This document shows positions 39,305-48,849 of a stretch of DNA of 64,000 bases, in pieces. The position numbers and the translations under genes were made by a program. The notes beneath the pieces are model-generated. The model ran no database searches. It was given only the letters and a program-made list of their open reading frames with translations, and had not been told where the DNA came from. Position 1 is the stretch's first letter. Every line of letters begins with the position of its first letter. The stretch is from the NCBI GenBank assembly GCA_041391605.1, contig JAWKNQ010000007.1, forward strand, positions 23,195 through 87,194. Direction: 5' to 3'. The DNA is from Bacteroidia bacterium (lineage in GTDB: Bacteria; Bacteroidota; Bacteroidia; NS11-12g; UBA955).

Positions 39305-41869
39305 TTACTCAAGGGAATCACTTGTAAAGGTTGAATCACCCCAATCCCATTGATAGCTTAGCGGTCTGAAGTCTGAATAAGTTGTGCTGACAAAAGGTAT
39401 GGTATCGAGCGAACAATAAGTTGCATTTGGAAATGAGAAATCGGCCTTTGGATTTGGAACAATATGAACGATCTTGGTGGCTGTATCTACACATCCATTG
39501 TTGTATTCGTAAATTAAATTGACCTTAAACTCGCCAGTATCGACATAAGTCCTAGGACCACCTGGGTCGTTGTTACTAATTACATAGCCCTCGCTAAAGA
39601 ACCATTTGTATCGTTTAAGTTCATTTTTATCTGAGACAGTTGTGTTTTTAAATTCAACGCCATTTGAATTCAAACAGGTGTCTTTTCTTGTAAATTCAAA
39701 ATCTACAAGCGGACCGGGAAGCACATCCACAAACATAAAGGTATCGTGGTAGCAACCAGCCTTTGTTACTGCTCTTAAAATAACTGGATATGTGTCAGCA
39801 CGCTTAAAGGTGCGCTTAATTACGGTGTCTAAAGAACTAAACGAAGTATCACTAAAGTCCCAAATGTATTCTTCTATTGGAGCTTTAGAGGTTGACTTAT
39901 TGGTGAAAGTCACTTCTTTATTTTTACTTAAACAAAACGAAGTCTCAGAAACATCGAAGCTTGCTTTAGGTATGGTGCTGCTGTTTACATTGAGTGTATC
40001 TCTAAAAATACAACCATTTCGCTCCATTACTTCAAGCCAATATAAGCCATCATTTTTAATGGCTCGGTAATATACTCTGTGATGATCGTTCCACTCGTAT
40101 TCATTGTCAAGAACAAAGCCTTTTGAGATAACAACCATGTCTACCTTACCACAAACCAGGGTATCTGATGTAAACAAATCTTTAATCTTCGTATCTGCAA
40201 CATACAAGGTTTTGGTCACAGAATCCATTGCATTAGTAATATTGTGATAGCAGTACATTTTTACTGTGTACCATCCCGTATCTTTGTATTTGTGTCTGAC
40301 ATTGGCTCCCGAATCGATAGTACCATCACCAAACACCCAATGGTAATTCCCAAAACTATCGTTTAACACTGCCTGAAAGCCGACGGTATCTGTGACGCAT
40401 TGAGCATCCACAATCACGAAGTTGTTTTGAATAGGTTTAAAGTTCGCAGCTGCAGCAAAGGCGTAACCTTCATAAACTAGGTAACCATAGACATATCCCA
40501 AAAAACCTTTGGCACTGTTGAGATAATGACTACCACTATCAACAGGGATTTTGGCAAAATGGTAACCATTGAGATTGCCTGCAGTTTCCCAGAGAGAATC
40601 ATTTATAGAGCTGTTATCCATTTTAAAACTTGCAGTATCTGTGGATTTAACCATCACATTGATATAATGCTCAGGCCCCCACTGACTCCACCAGTTGTTA
40701 TTCCACCACCACCAAAGCGTTTGAGAAACTGTGTTGATTGTAGCATTCTGTCCAAATTGTTCGTCGGCAAATAACATCATCATGGAAGGATCACCGTTGT
40801 ATGGTTTGTCGGGATGATTTTGACAACCGGAGTAATAATATCCCCCACCTAAAGTAATTTGTCCTACAGAAATTCTATTGTTAGCAGTGATTCGCATAAC
40901 AGAATCGCCAAACACTTCTCGGACATAATATTCGCCTTGATTCAGGGAAGCTTCTTGGTTATTGTTTATACGAATTTGAGTGTTGTTTTCCGCGGCAACA
41001 ATTTTCAGAGTGTACCCTCTGATATTTTTAGCAAAAGGCAGCGCTGTGTATTCTTTACCCCATGTAACTGTTGGTGTCATTTGCTCGTAAACATGGTCCC
41101 AGCTGCTCCAACAGGTTTGACTTCCGTTATTTCTGTATGTGAATACTTGACGATTTCCTGCATATACAGCATATTTGGATTTGATGTATTTTGAGCGGAC
41201 AATACTACCTGTCAAATCCACATCGGTTGTCATGTATTGAAAGGTTTCCCCTTTCTTCAGTGTGACCTGAAAAGGGACATTGGCCGGACTGTTCCGCGAG
41301 GATGCCCCTGTGGGGACAATTTCTATGACGGATGAGTCGGCAATACCTACAATAGTAAACTCGGGTGACTGTATGTTTTTTCCATTGCAATACCATCCCC
41401 AACTGTAGTTGTCGTGGTGAGTGGTAACAATATATTCGGGAGATTCAACTATAGAAGTTGTTGGGATAACAACAGTGGCTCCTTTGGAATACCACATTCG
41501 ATTTACAGCATACACATTAATGGTTGTATCCGACTCAATGTGCACACCATTCATGGTAACAGAATCTGAATATCGGCAAACCACATCACGAGGTAAGCTA
41601 ACAAGGGTGGTGACATTAGGTGCTAGTGTAAGAGACTTGGTATAATTCTGTCCAGGTGCAGTAATAGTAACTTTTGCAGCAAACTGTGAAGATAAAAATA
41701 ACTCAGCAGTATCGCGAGTCCAAAAGTTTTGGTTGTAGTAACAAGCCCAATCTTGTGCCATGTAGGCAACCCAAAAATCTTCGCCCGCTGTACCTTGGGC
41801 TTTTGCATCTGAGCTAGAAGAGACTAAAAAAATTAGGAGAAGAACTGGTATCAGTAATTTTTTAATCAT
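39305..41869 (-). CDS. N-terminal part of the same PKD adhesin (signal peptide, beta-rich N-domain, PKD repeats)
   Basis: MIKKLLIPVLLLIFLVSSSSDAKAQ signal peptide. Continues into 35611-38961 across a 344-bp lesion cluster. Confidence 0.65.
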   Translation of the reverse strand: MIKKLLIPVLLLIFLVSSSSDAKAQGTAGEDFWVAYMAQDWACYYNQNFWTRDTAELFLSSQFAAKVTITAPGQNYTKSLTLAPNVTTLVSLPRDVVCRYSDSVTMNGVHIESDTTINVYAVNRMWYSKGATVVIPTTSIVESPEYIVTTHHDNYSWGWYCNGKNIQSPEFTIVGIADSSVIEIVPTGASSRNSPANVPFQVTLKKGETFQYMTTDVDLTGSIVRSKYIKSKYAVYAGNRQVFTYRNNGSQTCWSSWDHVYEQMTPTVTWGKEYTALPFAKNIRGYTLKIVAAENNTQIRINNNQEASLNQGEYYVREVFGDSVMRITANNRISVGQITLGGGYYYSGCQNHPDKPYNGDPSMMMLFADEQFGQNATINTVSQTLWWWWNNNWWSQWGPEHYINVMVKSTDTASFKMDNSSINDSLWETAGNLNGYHFAKIPVDSGSHYLNSAKGFLGYVYGYLVYEGYAFAAAANFKPIQNNFVIVDAQCVTDTVGFQAVLNDSFGNYHWVFGDGTIDSGANVRHKYKDTGWYTVKMYCYHNITNAMDSVTKTLYVADTKIKDLFTSDTLVCGKVDMVVISKGFVLDNEYEWNDHHRVYYRAIKNDGLYWLEVMERNGCIFRDTLNVNSSTIPKASFDVSETSFCLSKNKEVTFTNKSTSKAPIEEYIWDFSDTSFSSLDTVIKRTFKRADTYPVILRAVTKAGCYHDTFMFVDVLPGPLVDFEFTRKDTCLNSNGVEFKNTTVSDKNELKRYKWFFSEGYVISNNDPGGPRTYVDTGEFKVNLIYEYNNGCVDTATKIVHIVPNPKADFSFPNATYCSLDTIPFVSTTYSDFRPLSYQWDWGDSTFTSDSLE

Positions 41870-41974
41870 GTAATTATCTCATTTGTAGTTGTTTTATCAA
41901 TAATCTGTTATATTTGTGTCAAATATAAGTAAAAACACTTATTTATTCCCAATTTAGCAAAACAATTTAGACGA

Positions 41975-42553
41975 ATGAAAACAGCGAGTAGCTACGTCAA
42001 ACAAATCTTCTGTATAGAAGGCGACTGGCACCCAGACTTAAGGCAGAAAGACACCATAGAAAATGCATTGCGTTTTATGGAAACTGCTAGTGGAATGAAA
42101 ATCAAATATATACACCGTCATTGCAGTACACCTCAAGAATTAGAGAACAGAATCAATGAATATACCAAGAAACGCTATGGCCAATTTAGTATTTTTTATC
42201 TGGCTTTTCATGGGGTTCCTAACGGACTAAAACTCAGTCCTAGAACAATTTTGTCCTTAGATGAATTAGCCGAAATGGCTGAAGGAAAGCTCGAAGACAA
42301 AATCTTACACCTAGGAAGTTGTGAAACACTAAATATTTCTAAACCTAAAATACGCGCTTTCATGAATAAAACTGGGGCTCTCTGCGTGAGTGGCTTTAAA
42401 AAAGAAGTGCCCTTTGTGAGCTCAACCATTTTTGATGTGCTTTACTTTGAAATGTGCCAATATTACAAGCAAATGCATGTAATTGAGAAACATATGAAAA
42501 ATTACTACGGCAAACTGATGAAAGAACTTCAATTTGTGATGGTTTACGAATAA
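41975..42553 (+). CDS. Small (192 aa) caspase/CHAT-like His-Cys dyad protein (hypothetical)
   Basis: Beta1-like KQIFCIEGDW; FYLAFHGVPNG (catalytic His context); ILHLGSCETLN (CHAT-like SACET Cys context); caspase-like spacing. Confidence 0.45.
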   Translation: MKTASSYVKQIFCIEGDWHPDLRQKDTIENALRFMETASGMKIKYIHRHCSTPQELENRINEYTKKRYGQFSIFYLAFHGVPNGLKLSPRTILSLDELAEMAEGKLEDKILHLGSCETLNISKPKIRAFMNKTGALCVSGFKKEVPFVSSTIFDVLYFEMCQYYKQMHVIEKHMKNYYGKLMKELQFVMVYE

Positions 42554-42619
42554 AATTTAATTCAAATTATGACAGTTTCATGACATTTCTAAGTTTTTAA
42601 AATTCAATTTCATCAATTC

Positions 42620-43015
42620 ATGAGAGTACTTGCTTCTGTTTTAATTGCCTTTTTCAGCTTCTCAGCATTTTGCTTGCCCTCTGGTGATTATTCTTATCTC
42701 CCTCAATTGCCTCAAATGTTTAAGCAGTGCAAAGCTCATGAAGACAAAGACTTAAATTTAATAGATTTTATAAGCGACCACCTTATTAATTTTGATTGCT
42801 TAATTGACAAGCATACAGGAAGTGATCATCAAAAACCTCATACTCCCTCTTTGCACCATTCCGTAATCAATATAGTGCTTATCAGTCCCACTGACCTTCG
42901 TTTTCAAATACTAAAAGGCTTTGTTAAGCAAGCAATAAGATCCGATTTTATCGTAAATCCCCTTAGCAAAGGACACACAGTTCAAGTATTCCGACCTCCA
43001 ATTCTTGCTGTTTAA
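42620..43015 (+). CDS. Secreted His-rich hypothetical protein
   Basis: Signal peptide; HTGSDHQKPHTPSLHH. Confidence 0.45.
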   Translation: MRVLASVLIAFFSFSAFCLPSGDYSYLPQLPQMFKQCKAHEDKDLNLIDFISDHLINFDCLIDKHTGSDHQKPHTPSLHHSVINIVLISPTDLRFQILKGFVKQAIRSDFIVNPLSKGHTVQVFRPPILAV

Positions 43016-43069
43016 TCTCCGTTAAACTGAAACACAAGTAAACATCTAACTTAATTACAATAATCAATC

Positions 43070-43531
43070 ATGAAAAAAATAATCATACTGTTGCTTTGTG
43101 CAACATGGATGGGAGCTAGTTTCGCCCAAGAAATTGAAACTGAAGAGGTTCCAACAGCAGTTAAAGCAGCATTCTCTGCAAAATACCCCAAAGCTCAAAA
43201 GGTAGAATGGGAAGCTGAAGAAGACAATACCTACGAAGCTGATTTTAAACTCTATAAAATCAATTACTCTGCAAGTTTTGATCAAACAGGAAAATGGTTG
43301 GAAACTGAAACTGAAATTAAAGTTTCCGAACTACCAGAAGCGGTGGCCAATGCCATTAAGACCAATTATCCAGAGTATAAAATCGAAGAGGCTGAGTTGG
43401 TAGAAACTCACGATAGAGGTACTGTTTACGAAGTAGATATCGAAAAAGGAGAAGAAGCCTTTAGCCTTGAAATATCAAGCACTGGTACTATCCTTAAAAA
43501 GGAAATGGAAATCGACACGGACGAAGACTAA
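43070..43531 (+). CDS. PepSY-like (beta-lactamase-inhibitor-like) periplasmic protein
   Basis: Signal peptide; two repeats of a K(A/T)xYPxxK(V/I)xExE PepSY_like pattern. Confidence 0.55.
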   Translation: MKKIIILLLCATWMGASFAQEIETEEVPTAVKAAFSAKYPKAQKVEWEAEEDNTYEADFKLYKINYSASFDQTGKWLETETEIKVSELPEAVANAIKTNYPEYKIEEAELVETHDRGTVYEVDIEKGEEAFSLEISSTGTILKKEMEIDTDED

Positions 43532-43550
43532 TTTCTTAAATACTCAATAA

Positions 43551-43584
43551 AAAAGGGGCAGAAATTCTGCCCCTTTTCTTTTGT
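43551..43584. terminator. Bidirectional rho-independent terminator
   Basis: AAAAA-GGGGCAG-aaatt-CTGCCCC-TTTTCTTTT. Confidence 0.8.
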
Positions 43585-43594
43585 CTAATATTCT

Positions 43595-43921
43595 TTATTC
43601 AATGATTTCTGCATCGATGATGTCCGAATCTTCTATCAAATCTTTGTTCTCCCATGAACGTTTAAGCATTTTATAAAACAACCAAACCGTAAGCAATCCA
43701 ATTGGCAAGGCAATTAAAGTTAACATAACCGTATGTTCTTCAAGGAGAGAACCATCTCCATAAGCGGCATTCAAAATACCAATAACGACACCAGTAAGCA
43801 GTGTAGCGGCATAATAAACCCCTATCGACAAGATGGCAAACAACCATTTGTTCTTTCCGTGCTTTAATGCCAAACGGTAAAATTCTCGAGCGAAAAAATA
43901 GCAAATTAATAAACCTAGCAT
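43595..43921 (-). CDS. Small membrane protein
   Basis: 108 aa with 2-3 TM helices. Confidence 0.45.
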   Translation of the reverse strand: MLGLLICYFFAREFYRLALKHGKNKWLFAILSIGVYYAATLLTGVVIGILNAAYGDGSLLEEHTVMLTLIALPIGLLTVWLFYKMLKRSWENKDLIEDSDIIDAEIIE

Positions 43922-44038
43922 CTTTATTTAAGTTTTTTCAAACATAAGAGTTCTCTTGGATTTATTTTAGAATATTTTCTTCCTACCCTTCTAATCTCTT
44001 ATTAATTTGCAACTTATATAATATTCTGCATCACATGC

Positions 44039-46210
44039 CTACAAATTATCAGTGATGAATTTGCTGATTTTCGTAAACAAATGCCACCTAATCTTCCCAC
44101 CATGTATACCGTGATTTGTGTTCGGATAATACGCTGCATCGTAAGGAATATTCTTTGCATTCATGGCCATAACCATTTCAGCTGAATTCTGAAAATGCAC
44201 ATTATCATCCGCTGTTCCATGCACAATCAAGTAATTGCCCTTTATCTTATCGATGTGATTAATCGGGGAATTATCGTCGTAACCCGAAGCATTTTCCTGT
44301 GGTGTGCGCATGTATCGCTCGGTGTAAATATTGTCGTAATAACGCCAATTGGTAACTGGAGCAACAGCAACTGCCGTTTTGAAGTAATCAGCGCCTATTG
44401 AAATACAATTGCTCGCCATAAAACCACCATAACTCCAACCAAATATACCGATTCTGGCTTTGTCAATATAGGTTTGTGCTCCAAAATATTTAGCGGCTTC
44501 GATATAGTCCTTGGTTTCGTATTTACCCAAATTCAGATACGTTACTTTTTTAAACGCTTCTCCTCTTCCTCCACTGCCTCTGTTGTCTACCGAGATTACA
44601 ATATACCCTTTTTGTGCCATGTATTGATACCACAAATAATTACTGCCCAACCATTGATTCTTCACGGTTTGATATCCAGGACCGCCATACACAAAGAATA
44701 AAACAGGGTACTTCTTATTTAGATCAAAATCAGGAGGAAGAATTTTCCAATAATCCAATTCGACATTCTCTGTCGTTTTAAAACTTCCAAAACTCACCTC
44801 TCCTAGTTTCTCCTTGCTTAGCTTTTCTTTCAATTCTTTATTGTCTTCTAAAACTCGAACCACCTCTCCAGTCAAATCATTCAACGTGATAACTGCAGGT
44901 GTTGTAATTGTTGAGAAATAATCCATGTAATATCCTGAATTATCTGAAAACACAACTGTATGCCAACCCTCTTTTCTGCTCAATTGGTAAACTGCTTTGC
45001 CCGCAATATCTAATCCATATACATGTCGTTTTGTTGGTGCATTCATGCCAGAGGTGAATAACAACTTTGCCCCCATTTCTGAAACGCCTAACAATTGATC
45101 AACATCCCATTTGCCATTTGACAAATTGACCGCCTTTCCATCTTTGCCCAAACCGTAAATTTGATTATAGCCATCTTGCTCGCTTGTAAAATACGCCTGA
45201 TACAATTGCTTTGGATCCGAAGCATCTGTAAATATCCAATCCACTACTTCTATGTATTTCTCATTGGTCTCCGTGTACAAAACATCTCCTTTCGGGTAAT
45301 AGTAACTGTATTTAATCAGTTCCATTTTATTCTGCAAACGATTCAACCTTTGCACACTCACATAGTTGGCACTCATCCATTTTATTCTAGGCAGATATTG
45401 ATCATTCTCAGATCCTGTCTCACATAAGACAGATTTCTTTTTACCAATCTTGTGAATGTATACATCAACTCTGCTATTATCTTCTCCTGCTTTTGGATAC
45501 TTCCACACTTCGCGTTCTGGATACAAGCTTCCAAATAAATCCATTCCAAACTCTTTCACCTTACTCTCGTCAAAACGGTAGTAGGCGATAAAGCTTCCAT
45601 CAGGACTCCATTGAAAGCCTTTGCTCATTGAGAACTCTTCCTCGTAAACCCAGTCTACTGCCCCATTTATTATTTCATTTTTCTTTCCATCAAATGTTAC
45701 TTGAACGTCTTTTGCTTTCTCCAAATCAAAATAGAATAAATTGTTGTCGGATACATAAGCCACTTTCTTCCCATCGGGACTTAAGGTCGCATACATCACC
45801 TTCTTATCGGAGATGCGATTCAGTGTTTTGGTTTTTAAATCATATAACCACACATTGCTTTTACCACTGTGACGATATACCGATTCAAAGCCGTTGCTCA
45901 ACAGAACCTTGTTCTCGTCTTCACTTAATTCGTACGATTGCAAACGAATTGGTTTATCATCCACTAGAATAGTGGCGGTGCTAAATATGGTAGAAAGTTT
46001 GTTACCTGTCTTGGCATCGTACTTCTCACAACTCTGAGAATTGTCGTCGTTTACCACCAATTTGCAATACGAAACTCCATCGTTTAAAAAATGAAATCCC
46101 GATACATACTTCGGACTGTATTCTCTAGTATTCCAGATGTTTTCTAAACTCAATTGAGCTTGTAAACTCATGGCTATACACAAAACGGATAGACTAATTA
46201 TTCGCAACAT
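44039..46210 (-). CDS. S9 family peptidase, dipeptidyl-peptidase IV-like
   Basis: GWSYGGFMASN (Ser), HGTADDNVHF (Asp) and NHGI (His); N-terminal beta-propeller; signal peptide. Confidence 0.85.
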   Translation of the reverse strand: MLRIISLSVLCIAMSLQAQLSLENIWNTREYSPKYVSGFHFLNDGVSYCKLVVNDDNSQSCEKYDAKTGNKLSTIFSTATILVDDKPIRLQSYELSEDENKVLLSNGFESVYRHSGKSNVWLYDLKTKTLNRISDKKVMYATLSPDGKKVAYVSDNNLFYFDLEKAKDVQVTFDGKKNEIINGAVDWVYEEEFSMSKGFQWSPDGSFIAYYRFDESKVKEFGMDLFGSLYPEREVWKYPKAGEDNSRVDVYIHKIGKKKSVLCETGSENDQYLPRIKWMSANYVSVQRLNRLQNKMELIKYSYYYPKGDVLYTETNEKYIEVVDWIFTDASDPKQLYQAYFTSEQDGYNQIYGLGKDGKAVNLSNGKWDVDQLLGVSEMGAKLLFTSGMNAPTKRHVYGLDIAGKAVYQLSRKEGWHTVVFSDNSGYYMDYFSTITTPAVITLNDLTGEVVRVLEDNKELKEKLSKEKLGEVSFGSFKTTENVELDYWKILPPDFDLNKKYPVLFFVYGGPGYQTVKNQWLGSNYLWYQYMAQKGYIVISVDNRGSGGRGEAFKKVTYLNLGKYETKDYIEAAKYFGAQTYIDKARIGIFGWSYGGFMASNCISIGADYFKTAVAVAPVTNWRYYDNIYTERYMRTPQENASGYDDNSPINHIDKIKGNYLIVHGTADDNVHFQNSAEMVMAMNAKNIPYDAAYYPNTNHGIHGGKIRWHLFTKISKFITDNL

Positions 46211-46365
46211 AGTGCTTCAAAAATAGTTTTTTTACCTTCAAAAGCAAGATATACAAATCAAATTCATTCCGAATCAATCGCTTACGTTTTCATTTTTAAT
46301 TATTTTATCAACTCGTGTAACAAAAAACAAATTCTAGCGTTTAAAAATTAAATCCACGAAACATC

Positions 46366-48045
46366 ATGAAACGCCTAATCCTCTCACTCTTTGTATTCGC
46401 TATTGTTTACGGCTCTCAAGCCCAAACCTCTGCAGCCCCCGATCTCCCTAAAAAACTCATTCGTATCTCCACTCCACAACTTTCTATTGAAGATGACGAT
46501 TCGAATGTGCTTGTCTTGAAAATGGAATTCAATGGCGCCATTCCAAAGTCGCGACTTTCTAAAATCAATCCCGCCGACATTCAATCAATTTCTCTAGTTT
46601 ATTCACGTTACCGTCTCAGTGAAATGTTTGATCAACTGACTTTAAACGCTCAGCGAATGGACAAACTATATGCCTCGCTTCCAGGACTCAAATCGAACTC
46701 CGGAATTCAATGGTATTGGATTGAACAAACAGGCTGTAACTCGCCTGATGATTGTAAAGACTTCTTTCACGGTTTTGTGATTAAACTAAAAAATGAAAGC
46801 GAAGAGCTGAGTTCGTTTGTTGAATCCTCCCTTCTAGACTACTACAGCAAAGTGTATGAAGGCATCGACGATTCAAAAACGATGGACTCACTGATAACAA
46901 TTGGTAAAGTTAAACTCTGCAAAGTATGCGATACCGCATTGATAAGAACCACTAACACAAGAAACAGAATTGCTAAGGTTAGAGGCTACCAAAACATCAA
47001 TCAAAGAAAATTTAAACGCTACTTCAAAGAGGAACTTGCAAATTCGATAAACACCATACAATTCATAGCTGATAAACGTGGCAATTTGAATTTTGCTAAT
47101 GACAGTCATTTAACAAAAAGACAAGCTAGACAGTTGAGATACATCAATAATCAATTGCGAATTACTTCAAGTCGGTATCGAGGGCGCAAGATTGAAACAC
47201 GCATTTCAATGTCCTTTTATTCCAGAGACAAGGAGATCGCCTTCAACTTCACTGAATTGCCAATTCTACCCAATGATGAAGAATTTAATTTGGATAGTTT
47301 CATGTTCACGGAACATGTTAATATACGCTGTGAATATATGGATACAACAGCTGGCAAAAAACGTCTTGCCCATTCATTTGTCAAATCGTATTACACGCCT
47401 GATATTATCTTTAAAGTATTCAACCGCAACAAGCAGTGGAAGAATTGTTTAATTGCAACAGATGTTACTGGAAGCATGTCGCCTTACCTCGCTCAATTTA
47501 GAGTTTGGCATAAAATGAATCTAAATGTCCACAGTTCGAATCACGATTTCATTTTCTTTAACGACGGCGACAACATGCCCGACCGATTAAAAGTACGAGG
47601 TAAAGTAGGTGGTTTGTATTACATCAACACCAAAGAGTTTACCGCATTAGACCAAGCCTTAACTATTGCCATGAAAAGTGGTGGTGGTGGCGATGCTCCT
47701 GAGAATAACATCGAAGCCGTGATAGAAGGACTTAAAAAGAATCCAAATATCAAAGAAGGCATTATGATTGCCGACAATTGGGCTATTCCTCGTGATTTAA
47801 AACTCTTAGACAAGGTTCATGTTCCAATTCGTTTAATTCTTTGTGGTGCTCAAAACGGCATTAATACCGCATACTTAGATATGGTGCGCAAAAACAAAGG
47901 CAGTATTCACACCATGGAAAACGATTTATACAACTTAGGTACTCTCATGGAAGGCAAATCAATTGTCTTGGACGGAATAGAATACCAATTAAAGAATGGA
48001 AGTTTTGTTAAGATAGTTCCTGACACACTTACAGTTCGTCGTTGA
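46366..48045 (+). CDS. Secreted vWA-domain protein
   Basis: Signal peptide; IATDVTGSMS MIDAS-like motif and GGGGDAPEN. Confidence 0.55.
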   Translation: MKRLILSLFVFAIVYGSQAQTSAAPDLPKKLIRISTPQLSIEDDDSNVLVLKMEFNGAIPKSRLSKINPADIQSISLVYSRYRLSEMFDQLTLNAQRMDKLYASLPGLKSNSGIQWYWIEQTGCNSPDDCKDFFHGFVIKLKNESEELSSFVESSLLDYYSKVYEGIDDSKTMDSLITIGKVKLCKVCDTALIRTTNTRNRIAKVRGYQNINQRKFKRYFKEELANSINTIQFIADKRGNLNFANDSHLTKRQARQLRYINNQLRITSSRYRGRKIETRISMSFYSRDKEIAFNFTELPILPNDEEFNLDSFMFTEHVNIRCEYMDTTAGKKRLAHSFVKSYYTPDIIFKVFNRNKQWKNCLIATDVTGSMSPYLAQFRVWHKMNLNVHSSNHDFIFFNDGDNMPDRLKVRGKVGGLYYINTKEFTALDQALTIAMKSGGGGDAPENNIEAVIEGLKKNPNIKEGIMIADNWAIPRDLKLLDKVHVPIRLILCGAQNGINTAYLDMVRKNKGSIHTMENDLYNLGTLMEGKSIVLDGIEYQLKNGSFVKIVPDTLTVRR

Positions 48046-48256
48046 GACGGATTGCGTAGTTCAGAAACTAAAGATAATTTGAAACGGTCTCACGCTTTGC
48101 GAGGGCAGTGAAACTTTTCTAAAAGCTCAACAATAAAGCGTTTACTCACAAAATATACGAAATATTCCTTTCGAAGAAATTTGCCCAGCTCTTGCTAAGC
48201 GTGTGTTATAGCTATTTCCCAGCTGAAGTCCATTCACAATTTGTGTTAATCAACTT

Positions 48257-48556
48257 TTAATCTATTTGTCGTCTCGTTAAATCCCTTGCGGAGTGATGAA
48301 TTGTTAAAATGTGAATAGTTTCGGTATTAATAATCTTATAAATAATTCGATAATTTCCTTCAATAAGTTCACGAAATATCTCATTATTCATCTCTGGAAC
48401 CAGCTTTCCAGCATATGCATGCTGTTTCAGAATATTGGTTCTTACCTTCAATTTAATGATTTCTATTTTCGCATACTTTACAGAATCTTTTGAGATGTAA
48501 TCATAAATTCCTTTTAAATCATCAATTGCGAGTTTGGTCCATTTTACTTGAACCAT
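48257..48556 (-). CDS. Type II TA toxin, RelE/ParE family
   Basis: 99 aa; ...NYRIIYKIINTETIHILTIHHSARD RelE/ParE fold signature. Confidence 0.7.
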   Translation of the reverse strand: MVQVKWTKLAIDDLKGIYDYISKDSVKYAKIEIIKLKVRTNILKQHAYAGKLVPEMNNEIFRELIEGNYRIIYKIINTETIHILTIHHSARDLTRRQID

Positions 48557-48726
48557 TTCTGCATTTCAATTTCAAGTTCTTGCTCATTCAAAACTTCGTT
48601 ACCCTCTGATTGTTGATTTCCTCTTTCAATTTTGTCCAAAAGGATAATTTTATCAATCAGTTCCTCCAAAGTGAACTCATCCGGAAACTGTTCAAGCGTT
48701 AAAGTCAGTTGTTTCTTGGTGATCAT
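48544..48726 (-). CDS. Cognate antitoxin (small acidic protein)
   Basis: 60 aa; overlaps the toxin start by 13 bp, upstream in an operon. Confidence 0.5.
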   Translation of the reverse strand: MITKKQLTLTLEQFPDEFTLEELIDKIILLDKIERGNQQSEGNEVLNEQELEIEMQKWFK

Positions 48727-48849
48727 TATTAGATTGTTTCATACAAAGATAAGAAATTTCAGCTTTTCAAAGTGAATTGCTTGAGAAAATTTGGATGCTA
48801 TTATTAAGAAAAATGTTTCTTCGGTACTAGAATCCGACATGTAGTATAA

